Source: Clostridia bacterium (lineage in GTDB: Bacteria > Bacillota > Clostridia > Oscillospirales > Acutalibacteraceae). Taken from it: a stretch of DNA of 64,000 bases. Location: assembly GCA_017516315.1 (NCBI GenBank), contig JAFXDE010000054.1, forward strand, positions 15,251 through 79,250. Direction: 5' to 3'. Below the pieces are notes generated by a model. That model was not told where the DNA came from, did not search any database, and worked only from the letters and a program-made list of their open reading frames with translations. Positions 1-9,836 of this stretch are shown one piece after another. The position numbers and the translations under genes are program-made. The first letter of the stretch is position 1, and each line of letters opens with the position of its first letter.

Positions 1-825
1 AATAACTTTGTGTCCCTTCATTACAAAGCACACCATATGAACTGGCTTCACTGCTTCTGGGGTGTGGGTGTTACCGTAAGTCCTCTTATAATGTCCGTAT
101 TTTTAGGAGACGGCGGTACTGAGTGGAGAAAAGGTTACAGAGTTGTCGCTCTTTTACAGCTCCTTATAGCTCTTCTCGTTTTCTTCTCTCTTAAAAAGTG
201 GCGAAGTATAGAAAAGGCAGAAAAAGAAGAGGCCTCCTCTGAAGAAGCCTCGGCAGGTCTGCTTGACATAATGAAAATAAGAGGTGTGCTGACAGGAATA
301 CTTTCACTCGGTGCTTACTGCAGTATGGAATTTCTTCTCGGTACATGGGGAGCAAGCTATGCGGTAAATGTTTTCGCTGTTTCTCCCGATGTGGCGGCTA
401 AGTGGGTATCTCTTTATTACGGCGGTATAATGGTCGGCAGAGTTGTTTCAGGCTTCCTGTCAATGAAGTTTAACGATAAAAGTCTCATCAGAGGCGGTAT
501 AGCCGTGGCTTTCATCGGTATTATTATCTTTGCGCTTCCGTTAGGTACAGCTTCTCTCTTTGGCTTTTTCCTTATAGGTATGGGCTTTGGGCCTGTTTTT
601 CCGAGTGTTCTTCACAGTGTCCCCGAGCGCTTCGGCACGAAGTATTCGGCTGATATAACAGGCTACCACATGGGCGGTGCTTATGCTATCGGCTTTGGGG
701 TTCAGCTTCTTTACGGCTTTGTCGCTACGAAGATAAGCTTCGTTATAACACCCTTTGTGCTTATTGTTCTGTGTGTGGCTCTCGTTATCTTCAACGAAAC
801 TACCGTGAAAAAGACAAAAACATAA
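1..825 (+). CDS. MFS-type transporter, C-terminal portion (5' end outside window)
   Basis: The frame is open from base 1. About 270 aa of successive hydrophobic helices with short charged loops, typical of the second half of a major-facilitator permease. Stop at 823-825. Confidence 0.7.
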   Translation, partial: NNFVSLHYKAHHMNWLHCFWGVGVTVSPLIMSVFLGDGGTEWRKGYRVVALLQLLIALLVFFSLKKWRSIEKAEKEEASSEEASAGLLDIMKIRGVLTGILSLGAYCSMEFLLGTWGASYAVNVFAVSPDVAAKWVSLYYGGIMVGRVVSGFLSMKFNDKSLIRGGIAVAFIGIIIFALPLGTASLFGFFLIGMGFGPVFPSVLHSVPERFGTKYSADITGYHMGGAYAIGFGVQLLYGFVATKISFVITPFVLIVLCVALVIFNETTVKKTKT

Positions 826-914
826 TATTTATCTTAAGTACTTGAAAAAATTTCACTTTTGGATTATAATATACTATGCTTAAAAGCTTATTTTTCCCGA
901 AAGGAGTTTTATAG

Positions 915-1151
915 ATGAAAAAGATTATCTGTAAGGTCGAATATGATACCGAAAATGCAGAGCTTGTAGCAAAGTTTACAAGCGGTGAATTCGGTAGCGC
1001 AGACGGCTACGAAGAAAGTCTTTACGTTACTGCTACCGGCAAATACTTCCTTTATGTTAACGGCGGCGAAGATTCCATCCATCCCGCTGAAAACATTACA
1101 AGAATGTCTGCCGACAAAGCAAAGCAGTGGCGTGCAGAAAAGAACGTTTAA
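915..1151 (+). CDS. small hypothetical protein (78 aa)
   Basis: ATG is preceded by AAGGAG at 901-906 and followed by the hairpin terminator at 1160-1194. No recognisable motif. Confidence 0.5.
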   Translation: MKKIICKVEYDTENAELVAKFTSGEFGSADGYEESLYVTATGKYFLYVNGGEDSIHPAENITRMSADKAKQWRAEKNV

Positions 1152-1159
1152 TAAAAATG

Positions 1160-1194
1160 CCTTCCCTGATGAAAAGGGAAGGTTATTTTTTTTA
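1160..1194. terminator. bidirectional rho-independent terminator between convergent genes
   Basis: Stem CCTTCCC / GGGAAGG with a 9-nt loop. A-run upstream and a long T-run downstream. Confidence 0.7.
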
Positions 1195-2058
1195 TTAAAC
1201 TATTTCAGCCTTCCAGCTGTAAACGAAGCTTTCACCTGCAGGAATGGCGTTGATTCCGTCCTTCTGTGAAAAATCCTCTTTCTTTTCTGTCGAGTCATTT
1301 ACACCGCACCAGGGCTCTATGCACACATAGGGTGCACCGGGCTTTGCCCATATACCGAGCCAGGGGGAATTATTAAGGTGGAAGATAACCTTTCTTGAAT
1401 GATTATCGCTTTCGAGAGTTACGGTGTCGGATTTAACACCGTTAAAGATGAGAGCATCCTCATTGAAAATATCCTCTGTAATGGTGATAACCTTTTCGTC
1501 CTTAAGCACGGGAACAGTTTCGGGAAGTCTTAAGGAATTTACTAAGTCGATTCTTACTGTGTCTAAGGTTTCATTCTCGCTGAAAACAAGTCTGTCACCG
1601 ATTTCGCAGTTGAAGGCAGGGTGAGCGCCGAGAGAGGCATACATAACACCGCTGTTTCTGTTTTCGATTTCGTGAGTAACCTTAAGGCTGTTTCCGTCGA
1701 GGGTGAAGGTGACCTTAACAGTGAAGCTATAAGGATAAAGAGCGAGAGTTTCTTCTGTTTCGGTGAGAGTGAAAAACATCGAGCTTTCATCTGCACCGCC
1801 GAAGGTCCAGGGCATCTTACGGGCGAAACCGTGTTTGGGCATAGTGTACTTTTTCCCGTCGAGATAATAGCTGTCCTCGATGAGTCTGCCTACGATGGGG
1901 AAAAGAATGGGGGACTGACCTGACCAGTATTTTTTATCGCCTTGCCAGAGATATTCCGTTCCGTTTTCTTTGTTTATTACGCTTGTAAGCTCACAGCCGA
2001 GCTCTTTAACGCCTATTTTAAGATAATTGTTTTCGATGTAATGAATCATATTTTTCAC
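1195..2058 (-). CDS. aldose 1-epimerase family protein (LacX-like)
   Basis: 287 aa with SPILFPIVGRL, HGFAR, GAHPAF and CIEPW segments, characteristic of the mutarotase superfamily. Confidence 0.8.
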   Translation of the reverse strand: MKNMIHYIENNYLKIGVKELGCELTSVINKENGTEYLWQGDKKYWSGQSPILFPIVGRLIEDSYYLDGKKYTMPKHGFARKMPWTFGGADESSMFFTLTETEETLALYPYSFTVKVTFTLDGNSLKVTHEIENRNSGVMYASLGAHPAFNCEIGDRLVFSENETLDTVRIDLVNSLRLPETVPVLKDEKVITITEDIFNEDALIFNGVKSDTVTLESDNHSRKVIFHLNNSPWLGIWAKPGAPYVCIEPWCGVNDSTEKKEDFSQKDGINAIPAGESFVYSWKAEIV

Positions 2059-2065
2059 CTTCCGA

Positions 2066-2866
2066 TTACGGTCTTAAGCCCATACCGCCTTCAAGAGTGA
2101 GTGTTTCACCGTTGAGATATTTGAAGTCGGGGTTTGCGAGCTGAACGCATACTCTGCCGATTTCGAGCTCTGCATCACCGAAATGACCTGCGGGAGGCAT
2201 TTTTACGTTAGCCTTGAAAGCATCAGGATATGCCTTTTCGAAGTTTTCGAGCTGTGCAGTCCAGGCGAGAGGACAGATAACATTTACGTTGATTCCGTCG
2301 GGAGCCCATTCTGTAGCGGCTACACGGCTGAGACCTCTGATACCTTCCTTAGCGGCGGCGTAGGAGCACTGACCGTAGTTACCGAAAAGACCTGCACCGG
2401 ATGCGAAGTTGATAACAGAGCCCTGTGTTTCCTTAAGATAAGGATAGCAGGCCTTCATATAGTAGAATGCAGCGTAAAGACCTGAGAACATAGCGAGATT
2501 GAACTGCTCTGTAGTGTGGTCTTCGAGCTTAACGCCTGAAGCGGATGCCTGTGCATTATTGATAAGAACATCGATTCTGCCGAAGGTGTCTACAGCGGCT
2601 TTGATAACGCTGTTTACTACTGCTTCGTTGTCTGCACTGTCGTTTACATCGGCCTGAACGGTGAGAACCTTGATTCCGTAGAGTCTTTCGAGTTCCTCCT
2701 TGGCGTCCTCTAATTTTTTTACATTACGGCCTGTGATTACGAGGTTAGCACCCTCTTTTGCATAAGCGGTAGCTATACCGTAGCCGATGGAGCCGCATCT
2801 GCCGTCGCTTAATACTGCTCTGCCGGCTCCTGTGATAATTGCTGTTTTACCTGTTAAAAAACCCAT
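2066..2866 (-). CDS. SDR family oxidoreductase
   Basis: N-terminal TGKTAIITGAGRA Rossmann motif, NNAQ, and catalytic YAAAK (YxxxK). Confidence 0.85.
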   Translation of the reverse strand: MGFLTGKTAIITGAGRAVLSDGRCGSIGYGIATAYAKEGANLVITGRNVKKLEDAKEELERLYGIKVLTVQADVNDSADNEAVVNSVIKAAVDTFGRIDVLINNAQASASGVKLEDHTTEQFNLAMFSGLYAAFYYMKACYPYLKETQGSVINFASGAGLFGNYGQCSYAAAKEGIRGLSRVAATEWAPDGINVNVICPLAWTAQLENFEKAYPDAFKANVKMPPAGHFGDAELEIGRVCVQLANPDFKYLNGETLTLEGGMGLRP

Positions 2867-2938
2867 AGTTATTCTCCTTTTATAAAATTAACATATCTAT
2901 AATACCATTATTTCCTTTTGTTGTAAAGAAATATGTGG

Positions 2939-3820
2939 CTATTTTTTTATTCTTATAATTCCAAAGCCTGTACCCGGCTTGCCGCCCGAGAGAATATAAT
3001 TTTTACATCTTTTCTGTAAAGAGGTGTTTTCAGGGTAAAGCTCGGGTTTTTTTTCCTTTTTTCCGAAAACTCTTTCTATTGTCTGTGCGGAATTTTCCGA
3101 TGAGCCGAGAATATCGAACATATCCGCGAAACGGAGGATATTAGAATCTTTCGCCATAAACTCTTTGTTTCTTTCACATAAAAGCCAGGAATCACAGATG
3201 AAAGCCTTGTATTGAGTATTTTTGAAAAATTCTTCAGCTATGCGAAAGGATTTTTCGAATTCTTCTTCCGAGAGCTTTTCCCCTTGGGGTATGTGTACAT
3301 TCAGCACCTTTTCACCGATTTTTATATCCGCATTTATTATTTTTTTCTTGCTGACATAAGGGGGAAGATAAAATAGAAAAGGCTGAAACTGCAGTCTTCC
3401 CAGCCTGAAGATTTTACAGTTCAGATGATTCTGTATCCAGCTGAGATTTTCTATACCGACAGCACCTTTTTCCCGACGAAAGTTTTCACTCCAGACAGTT
3501 ATATCCTTCATCGTGGCATAAAAGATTTCATCGCTGATATTTTTTTCGCGGTAAGCAGCGAGTGTGTCTTTTGCTTTCAGCATAACTGCCGCGAGAAGAT
3601 AAAGAGAAGCCTTATCCTTTTTTAATATTTTTTCTCTTATGAGAATTTTTTGAGCTGTGACAACGGTAAGTCTTTTTTCTTTTAGCCTGTTTATGTGTTT
3701 GCACTCATTTTCGTACAGATAAACGATTTCTTTTCTGCTGTCTTCAGGTAATTCTATTCTCTCCGAAAAATCATTAAGCCATTTCAAACCTTCTGCTACC
3801 GTCAATTCTTGCCTTTTCAT
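2939..3820 (-). CDS. hypothetical protein, possibly acyltransferase-like
   Basis: 293-aa ORF with clean coding statistics. It weakly resembles clostridial acyltransferase-domain proteins from memory only. No firm motif. Confidence 0.45.
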   Translation of the reverse strand: MKRQELTVAEGLKWLNDFSERIELPEDSRKEIVYLYENECKHINRLKEKRLTVVTAQKILIREKILKKDKASLYLLAAVMLKAKDTLAAYREKNISDEIFYATMKDITVWSENFRREKGAVGIENLSWIQNHLNCKIFRLGRLQFQPFLFYLPPYVSKKKIINADIKIGEKVLNVHIPQGEKLSEEEFEKSFRIAEEFFKNTQYKAFICDSWLLCERNKEFMAKDSNILRFADMFDILGSSENSAQTIERVFGKKEKKPELYPENTSLQKRCKNYILSGGKPGTGFGIIRIKK

Positions 3821-4019
3821 AATTAAAATCCTTTTCTGAATATATGATGTAATTTTATATCATAAATTGTGATTCTGTCAATAAAACGTTTATTTGTTAT
3901 TCCTTTTGCACAAAAACCGGTGCTGCTTTTTGTAAATTACATAAAATTTTCCTCTGACGGCTTTTATTGAAAGGCATTTTGATATATAATTCAAGAAAAA
4001 AGAAGTTAGGAGGAGAAAT

Positions 4020-5024
4020 ATGAAGGTTTTACTTATCGGCGCAGGTGCCATCGGCGGTACTGTAGCCGTTCTTATGAAAAATGCAGGCTATGATGTGCGC
4101 CTTATGTGTCACAGCGAAAGTACAAAGGAGCTTATAGAAAAGGAAGGCTTTTTCCTTCACGGAGCGAAGGGTGAATACCGCGTCGATTTTAACTGCTACA
4201 GCAGCTATGAGCAGTTGGGCGAGGAAAAATTTGATATTGTGATTATCGCCACAAAATATGCCGCTATGGCTGAGTGTGCCGAGGCTGCTCTTCCCTTTGT
4301 GGCTGACGGCGGTCTGGTTGTAGGAATGCAGAACGGTATTCTTACTGAAGAACTCGGTGATATTGTCGGCAGAGATAAGGTAGTAGGTTGTATGATAGGC
4401 TTCGGAGCTACACGAAACGGAGCAAACGATGTAACAATGACCTCAAAGGGTGAATTTTATGTAGGTATGCTTGACGGCAGACGGCCGAAAAAGCTCGATG
4501 ATTTCGCCGAAATGCTGAAAGCGGTTCTCCCTACAGAGGTAACTATGGATATTAAGGGCAGACAGTATTCAAAGCTTATTATAAATTCCTGCATTAATGC
4601 AGTAGCGGGTATTACAGGTAAAACCCTTGGTGAAATTCTCAAGGATGTCAGAGCAAGAGATCTTTTCCTGAGCATTGCACGAGAGGGTATGGCTGTAGCG
4701 AAAGCTATGAATATAAAAGTTCCCAAATACGGCCTTCTTCTCGAATACAGAATGCTTGCTCTGAGTAACAGTAAGCTGTATAATTCTCTTTGTAAGCTTG
4801 TTGTACGTGCAGTAGGTCTCCTTTATGCTGATGTAAAGCCCTCTACACTTCAGTCTCTCGAAAAGGGAGAAAAAACGGAAATTGATATTCTTAACGGCTA
4901 TTTTGCACACAAGGGCAAGGAATACTCGGTTCCTACTCCTGTTAATACAAAGCTTGTTGCAATGATACACGAAATTGAAGAGGGAAAAAGAATATGCACC
5001 TCAGACAATCTTTCTGAATTTTAA
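4020..5024 (+). CDS. ketopantoate reductase (ApbA/PanE) family oxidoreductase
   Basis: N-terminal MKVLLIGAGAIGG dinucleotide fold. Length and C-terminal helical domain fit the family. RBS AGGAGGAG lies upstream. Confidence 0.75.
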   Translation: MKVLLIGAGAIGGTVAVLMKNAGYDVRLMCHSESTKELIEKEGFFLHGAKGEYRVDFNCYSSYEQLGEEKFDIVIIATKYAAMAECAEAALPFVADGGLVVGMQNGILTEELGDIVGRDKVVGCMIGFGATRNGANDVTMTSKGEFYVGMLDGRRPKKLDDFAEMLKAVLPTEVTMDIKGRQYSKLIINSCINAVAGITGKTLGEILKDVRARDLFLSIAREGMAVAKAMNIKVPKYGLLLEYRMLALSNSKLYNSLCKLVVRAVGLLYADVKPSTLQSLEKGEKTEIDILNGYFAHKGKEYSVPTPVNTKLVAMIHEIEEGKRICTSDNLSEF

Positions 5025-5042
5025 TACATAATAAATCAAAAG

Positions 5043-5075
5043 GGATGTAAAAAACGAGTTTTTACATCCTTTTTA
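5043..5075. terminator. bidirectional terminator
   Basis: 11-bp stem GGATGTAAAAA / TTTTTACATCC with a 5-nt loop and a T-run. It lies between convergent genes. Confidence 0.75.
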
Positions 5076-5083
5076 TCTTTTTA

Positions 5084-6565
5084 TTATCGTGCGTCGGTTT
5101 TTTCTATATCAAACCAGAATTCCACGCCGTTTTCTTTATTGATAACTCCGTATTTCTGCCCGTGAAGATCCTGAAGCTTTGCAACAATGGAAAGTCCTAA
5201 TCCGAAACGGCCTTCTGCACGGGAATGGGCCTTATCTGCCCGATAAAAGCTCTGCCAGATGTTTTCTATGTCTGAGCCAGGTATCTGTCTGCCCGTGTTA
5301 AAGACACTTATTCTGCAGAAGCTTTCCGTTTCCTGACAGGTAATAAGGATTTTTCTGTCGAAATCGATATGGCTGAGAGCGTTTGAAAGATAGTTGTTGA
5401 AAACATTTGACAAAAGCTCCGTGTCGCCGTAGCCGTAAAGCTTCTCGTCGATGCTTACCGAAACAGATGCACCGGTCTCTTTGATACGGTGGGTACGCAG
5501 ATCCACACATTCGCCGATAAAGGAGGCGATGTTGAAGGTTGTCTTGTTTACTCGGTAGTTTTCGGTACCGTATTGCAGATACTCCATAAGCCTGCATACG
5601 AGATGGTTCATTTTATCGGATTCCTCGAGTATGATGTCACAGAACTCTTCCGTGGAGTCGCAGCCGATTCCGTATTTCATTCCCTCGGCATAGCCCTGAA
5701 TAATTGAAATAGGAGTTTTAAGTTCATGGGAGACATTTGCCATAAAGGAACGCATGGTTTTTTCCATTCGCCTTTTCATTTCGATATCCATTTCCAGACG
5801 TCTGTTTTCACTCTGAAGCTCATTCATAGCGTTACTCAGAGAAACAGAAAGACTGTTAATGTTTGAGCCAAGCTCGTGTATTTCTTTTATTTTGAAGGGC
5901 GGACAGGTTTCGGTAAAGTCCATATTGATTATGCTTTTTGTTTTGTTGTTGATAATCAGAAGCGGATTGATAACCGAAGAAGCATAAATAACAGCGATAG
6001 AAATCAGAATAAAGCTTAAAACGACAGTAGTTACGAAAAATGCCCAGCTCGCTGTCATCGCATTAGCTTTAAGTGCATCAAGAGAGCGGTATATTTCAAT
6101 ACCGTTATTTTTACCGAAAAATACGCCGTAAACCATATACTGTGCCGATGTATAATGCTCCTGACGCATTTCAAAGTAGCTTCCGTCCTCAAGCTCGATA
6201 TGGGAATTAATTTTCATTATTCGGGGCTTGAGTTCTTCTTTTTTTCCTTTTTCGTCAGGCTCGTAAACTATATCATTACTGTCTGTGGTGTAAAAGAGTG
6301 TTTCTCTCGGAGAATAGATTTCTATGTAGACGTCTTTGTTTGTCTCTATTTCAGAAAGAATGCTTTTATAATCATCCTTTTTGAAATCTATTTCCATTAT
6401 CTGCTTGGAGCTTGCAATCATACTCTGCTGTGTGGCATAAATATAAAGGTCATCCATAAAAGCAAACTGTACAACACTTGAAAAGAAGAGAGCAATACAG
6501 AAGACAAGAATAACGACAAAGGATGTACGCCGTTTAAGCGGCGGTCTTTTCTTTTTAACTTTCAT
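5084..6565 (-). CDS. sensor histidine kinase
   Basis: Two TM segments flank an extracytoplasmic domain. H-box VSHELKTP and G-box GLGLSIV are present. Immediately downstream of the response regulator gene. Confidence 0.85.
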   Translation of the reverse strand: MKVKKKRPPLKRRTSFVVILVFCIALFFSSVVQFAFMDDLYIYATQQSMIASSKQIMEIDFKKDDYKSILSEIETNKDVYIEIYSPRETLFYTTDSNDIVYEPDEKGKKEELKPRIMKINSHIELEDGSYFEMRQEHYTSAQYMVYGVFFGKNNGIEIYRSLDALKANAMTASWAFFVTTVVLSFILISIAVIYASSVINPLLIINNKTKSIINMDFTETCPPFKIKEIHELGSNINSLSVSLSNAMNELQSENRRLEMDIEMKRRMEKTMRSFMANVSHELKTPISIIQGYAEGMKYGIGCDSTEEFCDIILEESDKMNHLVCRLMEYLQYGTENYRVNKTTFNIASFIGECVDLRTHRIKETGASVSVSIDEKLYGYGDTELLSNVFNNYLSNALSHIDFDRKILITCQETESFCRISVFNTGRQIPGSDIENIWQSFYRADKAHSRAEGRFGLGLSIVAKLQDLHGQKYGVINKENGVEFWFDIEKTDAR

Positions 6566-7246
6566 TTAGATTTCCTCTATTTTATATCCGATGCCGTAAA
6601 CGGTCTTAAGGTGCATGGCACCCCAGTCGCCGAGCTTTGTTCTGAGTCTTGCTACATGGGAGTCAACGGTGCGCACATCGCCCGTGAAATCATAACCCCA
6701 CACGCTGTCCAGAAGCTGCTCTCTGGAAAAGACTCTGCCGGGTGTTTCAAGGAACTTTTTCAGTATATTGTATTCCTTGAGGGTAAGGTCGATTTCCTTA
6801 CCTCCGAGACGTACCTCATGAGCATCATCGTTAAAGATGAGGTCATTGAAGTTTTTTTCACTGCTTGCTACTGCCTTTGAGCCGCTTCTTCTGAGAAGAG
6901 CTTCCACTCGTTTGACGAGGACGGACGGGCTGAAGGGCTTTGTTACATAATCGTCAGCGCCGGATTCATAGCCCATAAGCTCGTCGAATTCTTCACTTCT
7001 TGCCGTGAGGATAATAACGGGAAGATTTGAGGTTTCTCTGATTTTTTTTGTTACTTCCCAACCGTTGAGACCGGGCATCATTATGTCGAGAATAATGAGA
7101 CTCAGATTGCTTTTATGCTTTTCGAAAAGAGCATAGGCCTCGTCACCGTCCTCCGCTTCGATTACATTATATCCTGCCTGTCTCAAAAAATCGGACACAA
7201 GCTTTCTTATCCTTAATTCATCATCTGCTATAATAATATTTTCCAT
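6566..7246 (-). CDS. OmpR/PhoB-family response regulator
   Basis: Receiver domain (ILDIMMPGLNG) plus a winged-helix output domain (VDSHVARLRTKL, YGIGYK). Confidence 0.9.
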   Translation of the reverse strand: MENIIIADDELRIRKLVSDFLRQAGYNVIEAEDGDEAYALFEKHKSNLSLIILDIMMPGLNGWEVTKKIRETSNLPVIILTARSEEFDELMGYESGADDYVTKPFSPSVLVKRVEALLRRSGSKAVASSEKNFNDLIFNDDAHEVRLGGKEIDLTLKEYNILKKFLETPGRVFSREQLLDSVWGYDFTGDVRTVDSHVARLRTKLGDWGAMHLKTVYGIGYKIEEI

Positions 7247-7472
7247 AAAAGATTTCTCCTTTCACAGTTTATTAATATTCTACCATAAAACTTCTCTCAA
7301 TACAATGCAGAAAATATCACGATTTGTTGAATTTTTTTTAACAAAGGACGCCAAATCAAGTTTTGAGTGTTATTTTATTGACACTTGGCAATAAATAGTA
7401 TAAAATTATAATGTTAAATTTTGTTATCAAACAAAGAAAGGCAAAGACATTCAGGTGTCTGAGGAAGGAAAT

Positions 7473-9821
7473 ATGATTTATATCAACAAAGACAATGTAT
7501 TCCATTTACAGAGTGAGAAGACCAGCTATGTGTTCAGAGCACTTCCTACAGGTCAGCTCGAGGGTATGTACTACGGCAGAAAAATCAGAAATTCTGATGA
7601 TTTTACTTATCTTTACGATAAGCACGCTTCCGGTTACAGTAACTCCACTCCATACACTCAGGAGGATAAATCTCTTTCTCTTGACCATATCGCTTTAGAG
7701 TATTCCGCTTACGGCAAGGGTGATTACCGAATTCCTGCCATGCAGCTTATGCCCGAGGACGGTATCTTCACTACAGACTTCAAATATAAATCTCACGGCG
7801 TTACTAAGGTTAAGCCTGAGCTTCACGGCCTCCCCTCAAGCTACGGTGACAGCGATACTCTTACTGTCGTTCTCGAGGATAAGGCATTAAAGGCTGAGCT
7901 TCATCTTTTCTACACTGTTTTCAGCGAATGTAATGTTATAACCAGAAGCGCGAGACTTATCAATAAGGGCGACAGCACTATTAAAATTCATTCTCTTATG
8001 AGTATGCAGCTTGACCTCCAAAGAGGCGATTATGTAATGCTCTCCTTTGACGGCGCCTGGGCAAGAGAAAGATATAAGAATGAAAGACCTCTCGTTCCCG
8101 GTGTATGTGAAATCGGCTCTATCGCAGGCTATTCTTCAAACCGTCATAATCCTTTCTTTGCTATCAGAGAAAAGGACACTACCGAGCATAAAGGTAACTG
8201 CTACGGCTTTAATCTCGTTTATTCCGGTAACCATACAGCGAGAGCTGAGGTTTCCACTCACGGTCTCGTAAGAATCCAAAACGGTATCAATCCCTTCGAA
8301 TTTGAATGGCACCTCGGTGCAGGCGAGTCCTTCGATACTCCCGAGGCAGTTATGACCTTCAGCCACGAGGGTCTCAACGGTATGAGCCATAATATGCACG
8401 ATTTCGTTAACGAGCATATCGTAAGAGGCTACTGGAAGGGCAAGGAGCGTCCCGTCCTCGTTAATAACTGGGAATGCACTACCTTCAGCTTCACCGAGAA
8501 GAAAATCCTCGAAATCGCTAAGGCGACAAAGAATATCGGCGCAGAAATGTTTGTTCTCGATGACGGCTGGTTCGGTAAAAGAAACAACGATAAAGCAGGT
8601 CTCGGCGACTGGTATGTAAATATGAAAAAGCTTCCCAGCGGTATCGGCGGCCTTGCAAAAAAGGTAAACGATATGGGACTTAAGTTCGGACTTTGGGTAG
8701 AGCCTGAAATGGTCAATCCCGATTCGGACCTTTACCGCGAGCATCCCGACTGGGCTATGACCACAGATAAATACGAGCCTTCACAGGGTAGAAATCAGCT
8801 CACCCTCGATCTTACCAGAAAAGAGGTAAGAGAGTATATTATCAATACAATGACCGATGTTTTCCGTTACGGTAACATAGAATATATCAAATGGGATAAT
8901 AACCGTCAGTTCTCTGATGTTTTCTCCCGTCAGAAGGGTGCCAAGAGTGGTGAATATTTCCACAGATTTATATTAGGTCTTTACGAAATCTGGGATGCAC
9001 TTATCGGCAGATTCCCTGAAATCCTCTTCGAAGCCTGCTCAAGCGGCGGTAACCGTTTTGACCTGGGTACCTTCTGCTATATGCCTCAGTGCTGGACGAG
9101 CGACAATACCGATGTTCTTGACAGACTTTACATTCAGAGTGGCACCTCCTACGGTTATCCTCAGTCTGTAACTACCATGCACGTCGCTGCTTCTATGAGC
9201 TTTGCTAATTTCAGAGCCCAGAGCATCGATCATCGCTTTAATGTTTCTGCCTTCGGTGTTCTCGGTTATGAGCTCGATGTTACTATGCTTTCCGATCTTG
9301 ACAGAGCCAGAGTAAAGAAGCAGATAGAGTTTTATAAAAAGCACAGAAAGCTTTTACAGTTCGGCGATTACTCGCGTACAGGCGACATCAATGTAGATGA
9401 CAAGGTTATGTGGCAGATTACCTCTAAGGATAAGAGCGAGGCTATGCTAGGCTACTTCGTAGACAGAGTAAGACCAAACTGGGGTAATGATGTAATCAAA
9501 TTCTCTGACCTTAACGAGGACTTCACTTATGATATGAGTGTCCGTACGCAGATTCTTGAGTTCAAAAACTTCGGCGAGATGATTAATGTACCTCTTCCGA
9601 AGAAAATGGATCTTGAGGACGGTAAGATGTTTGATTTCCTTTGTAAGACCGTCAAGCTCCGCAATGAAAAGGAAGACTACACCATTGGCGGCGATGCACT
9701 TATGAATTCCGGCTTCAAGCCTAAGCAGCCCTTCAACTACAGCGGCTTCAACTTCTCGAATTCAAGAATGCTCTTCGACAACGATTCCAGAATGTATTAT
9801 CTCAAAAAAACAGATAAATAA
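7473..9821 (+). CDS. glycoside hydrolase family 36 (alpha-galactosidase family)
   Basis: FVLDDGWF, IKWDNN and CSSGGNRFD motifs. I prefer ATG 7473, which follows GAGGAAGGAA, over the GTG at 7455 used in the ORF track. Confidence 0.85.
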   Translation: MIYINKDNVFHLQSEKTSYVFRALPTGQLEGMYYGRKIRNSDDFTYLYDKHASGYSNSTPYTQEDKSLSLDHIALEYSAYGKGDYRIPAMQLMPEDGIFTTDFKYKSHGVTKVKPELHGLPSSYGDSDTLTVVLEDKALKAELHLFYTVFSECNVITRSARLINKGDSTIKIHSLMSMQLDLQRGDYVMLSFDGAWARERYKNERPLVPGVCEIGSIAGYSSNRHNPFFAIREKDTTEHKGNCYGFNLVYSGNHTARAEVSTHGLVRIQNGINPFEFEWHLGAGESFDTPEAVMTFSHEGLNGMSHNMHDFVNEHIVRGYWKGKERPVLVNNWECTTFSFTEKKILEIAKATKNIGAEMFVLDDGWFGKRNNDKAGLGDWYVNMKKLPSGIGGLAKKVNDMGLKFGLWVEPEMVNPDSDLYREHPDWAMTTDKYEPSQGRNQLTLDLTRKEVREYIINTMTDVFRYGNIEYIKWDNNRQFSDVFSRQKGAKSGEYFHRFILGLYEIWDALIGRFPEILFEACSSGGNRFDLGTFCYMPQCWTSDNTDVLDRLYIQSGTSYGYPQSVTTMHVAASMSFANFRAQSIDHRFNVSAFGVLGYELDVTMLSDLDRARVKKQIEFYKKHRKLLQFGDYSRTGDINVDDKVMWQITSKDKSEAMLGYFVDRVRPNWGNDVIKFSDLNEDFTYDMSVRTQILEFKNFGEMINVPLPKKMDLEDGKMFDFLCKTVKLRNEKEDYTIGGDALMNSGFKPKQPFNYSGFNFSNSRMLFDNDSRMYYLKKTDK

Positions 9822-9836
9822 AGGACGGATAAGGTA

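Noticed and set aside
985-1269. 94-aa ORF overlapping the 78-aa gene and the terminator
   Set aside because: It is out of frame with a better-supported small gene and reads through the bidirectional terminator into the convergent epimerase gene.
8136-8744. 202-aa minus-strand ORF inside the GH36 gene
   Set aside because: It is antisense to the catalytic core (DDGWF region) of GH36.
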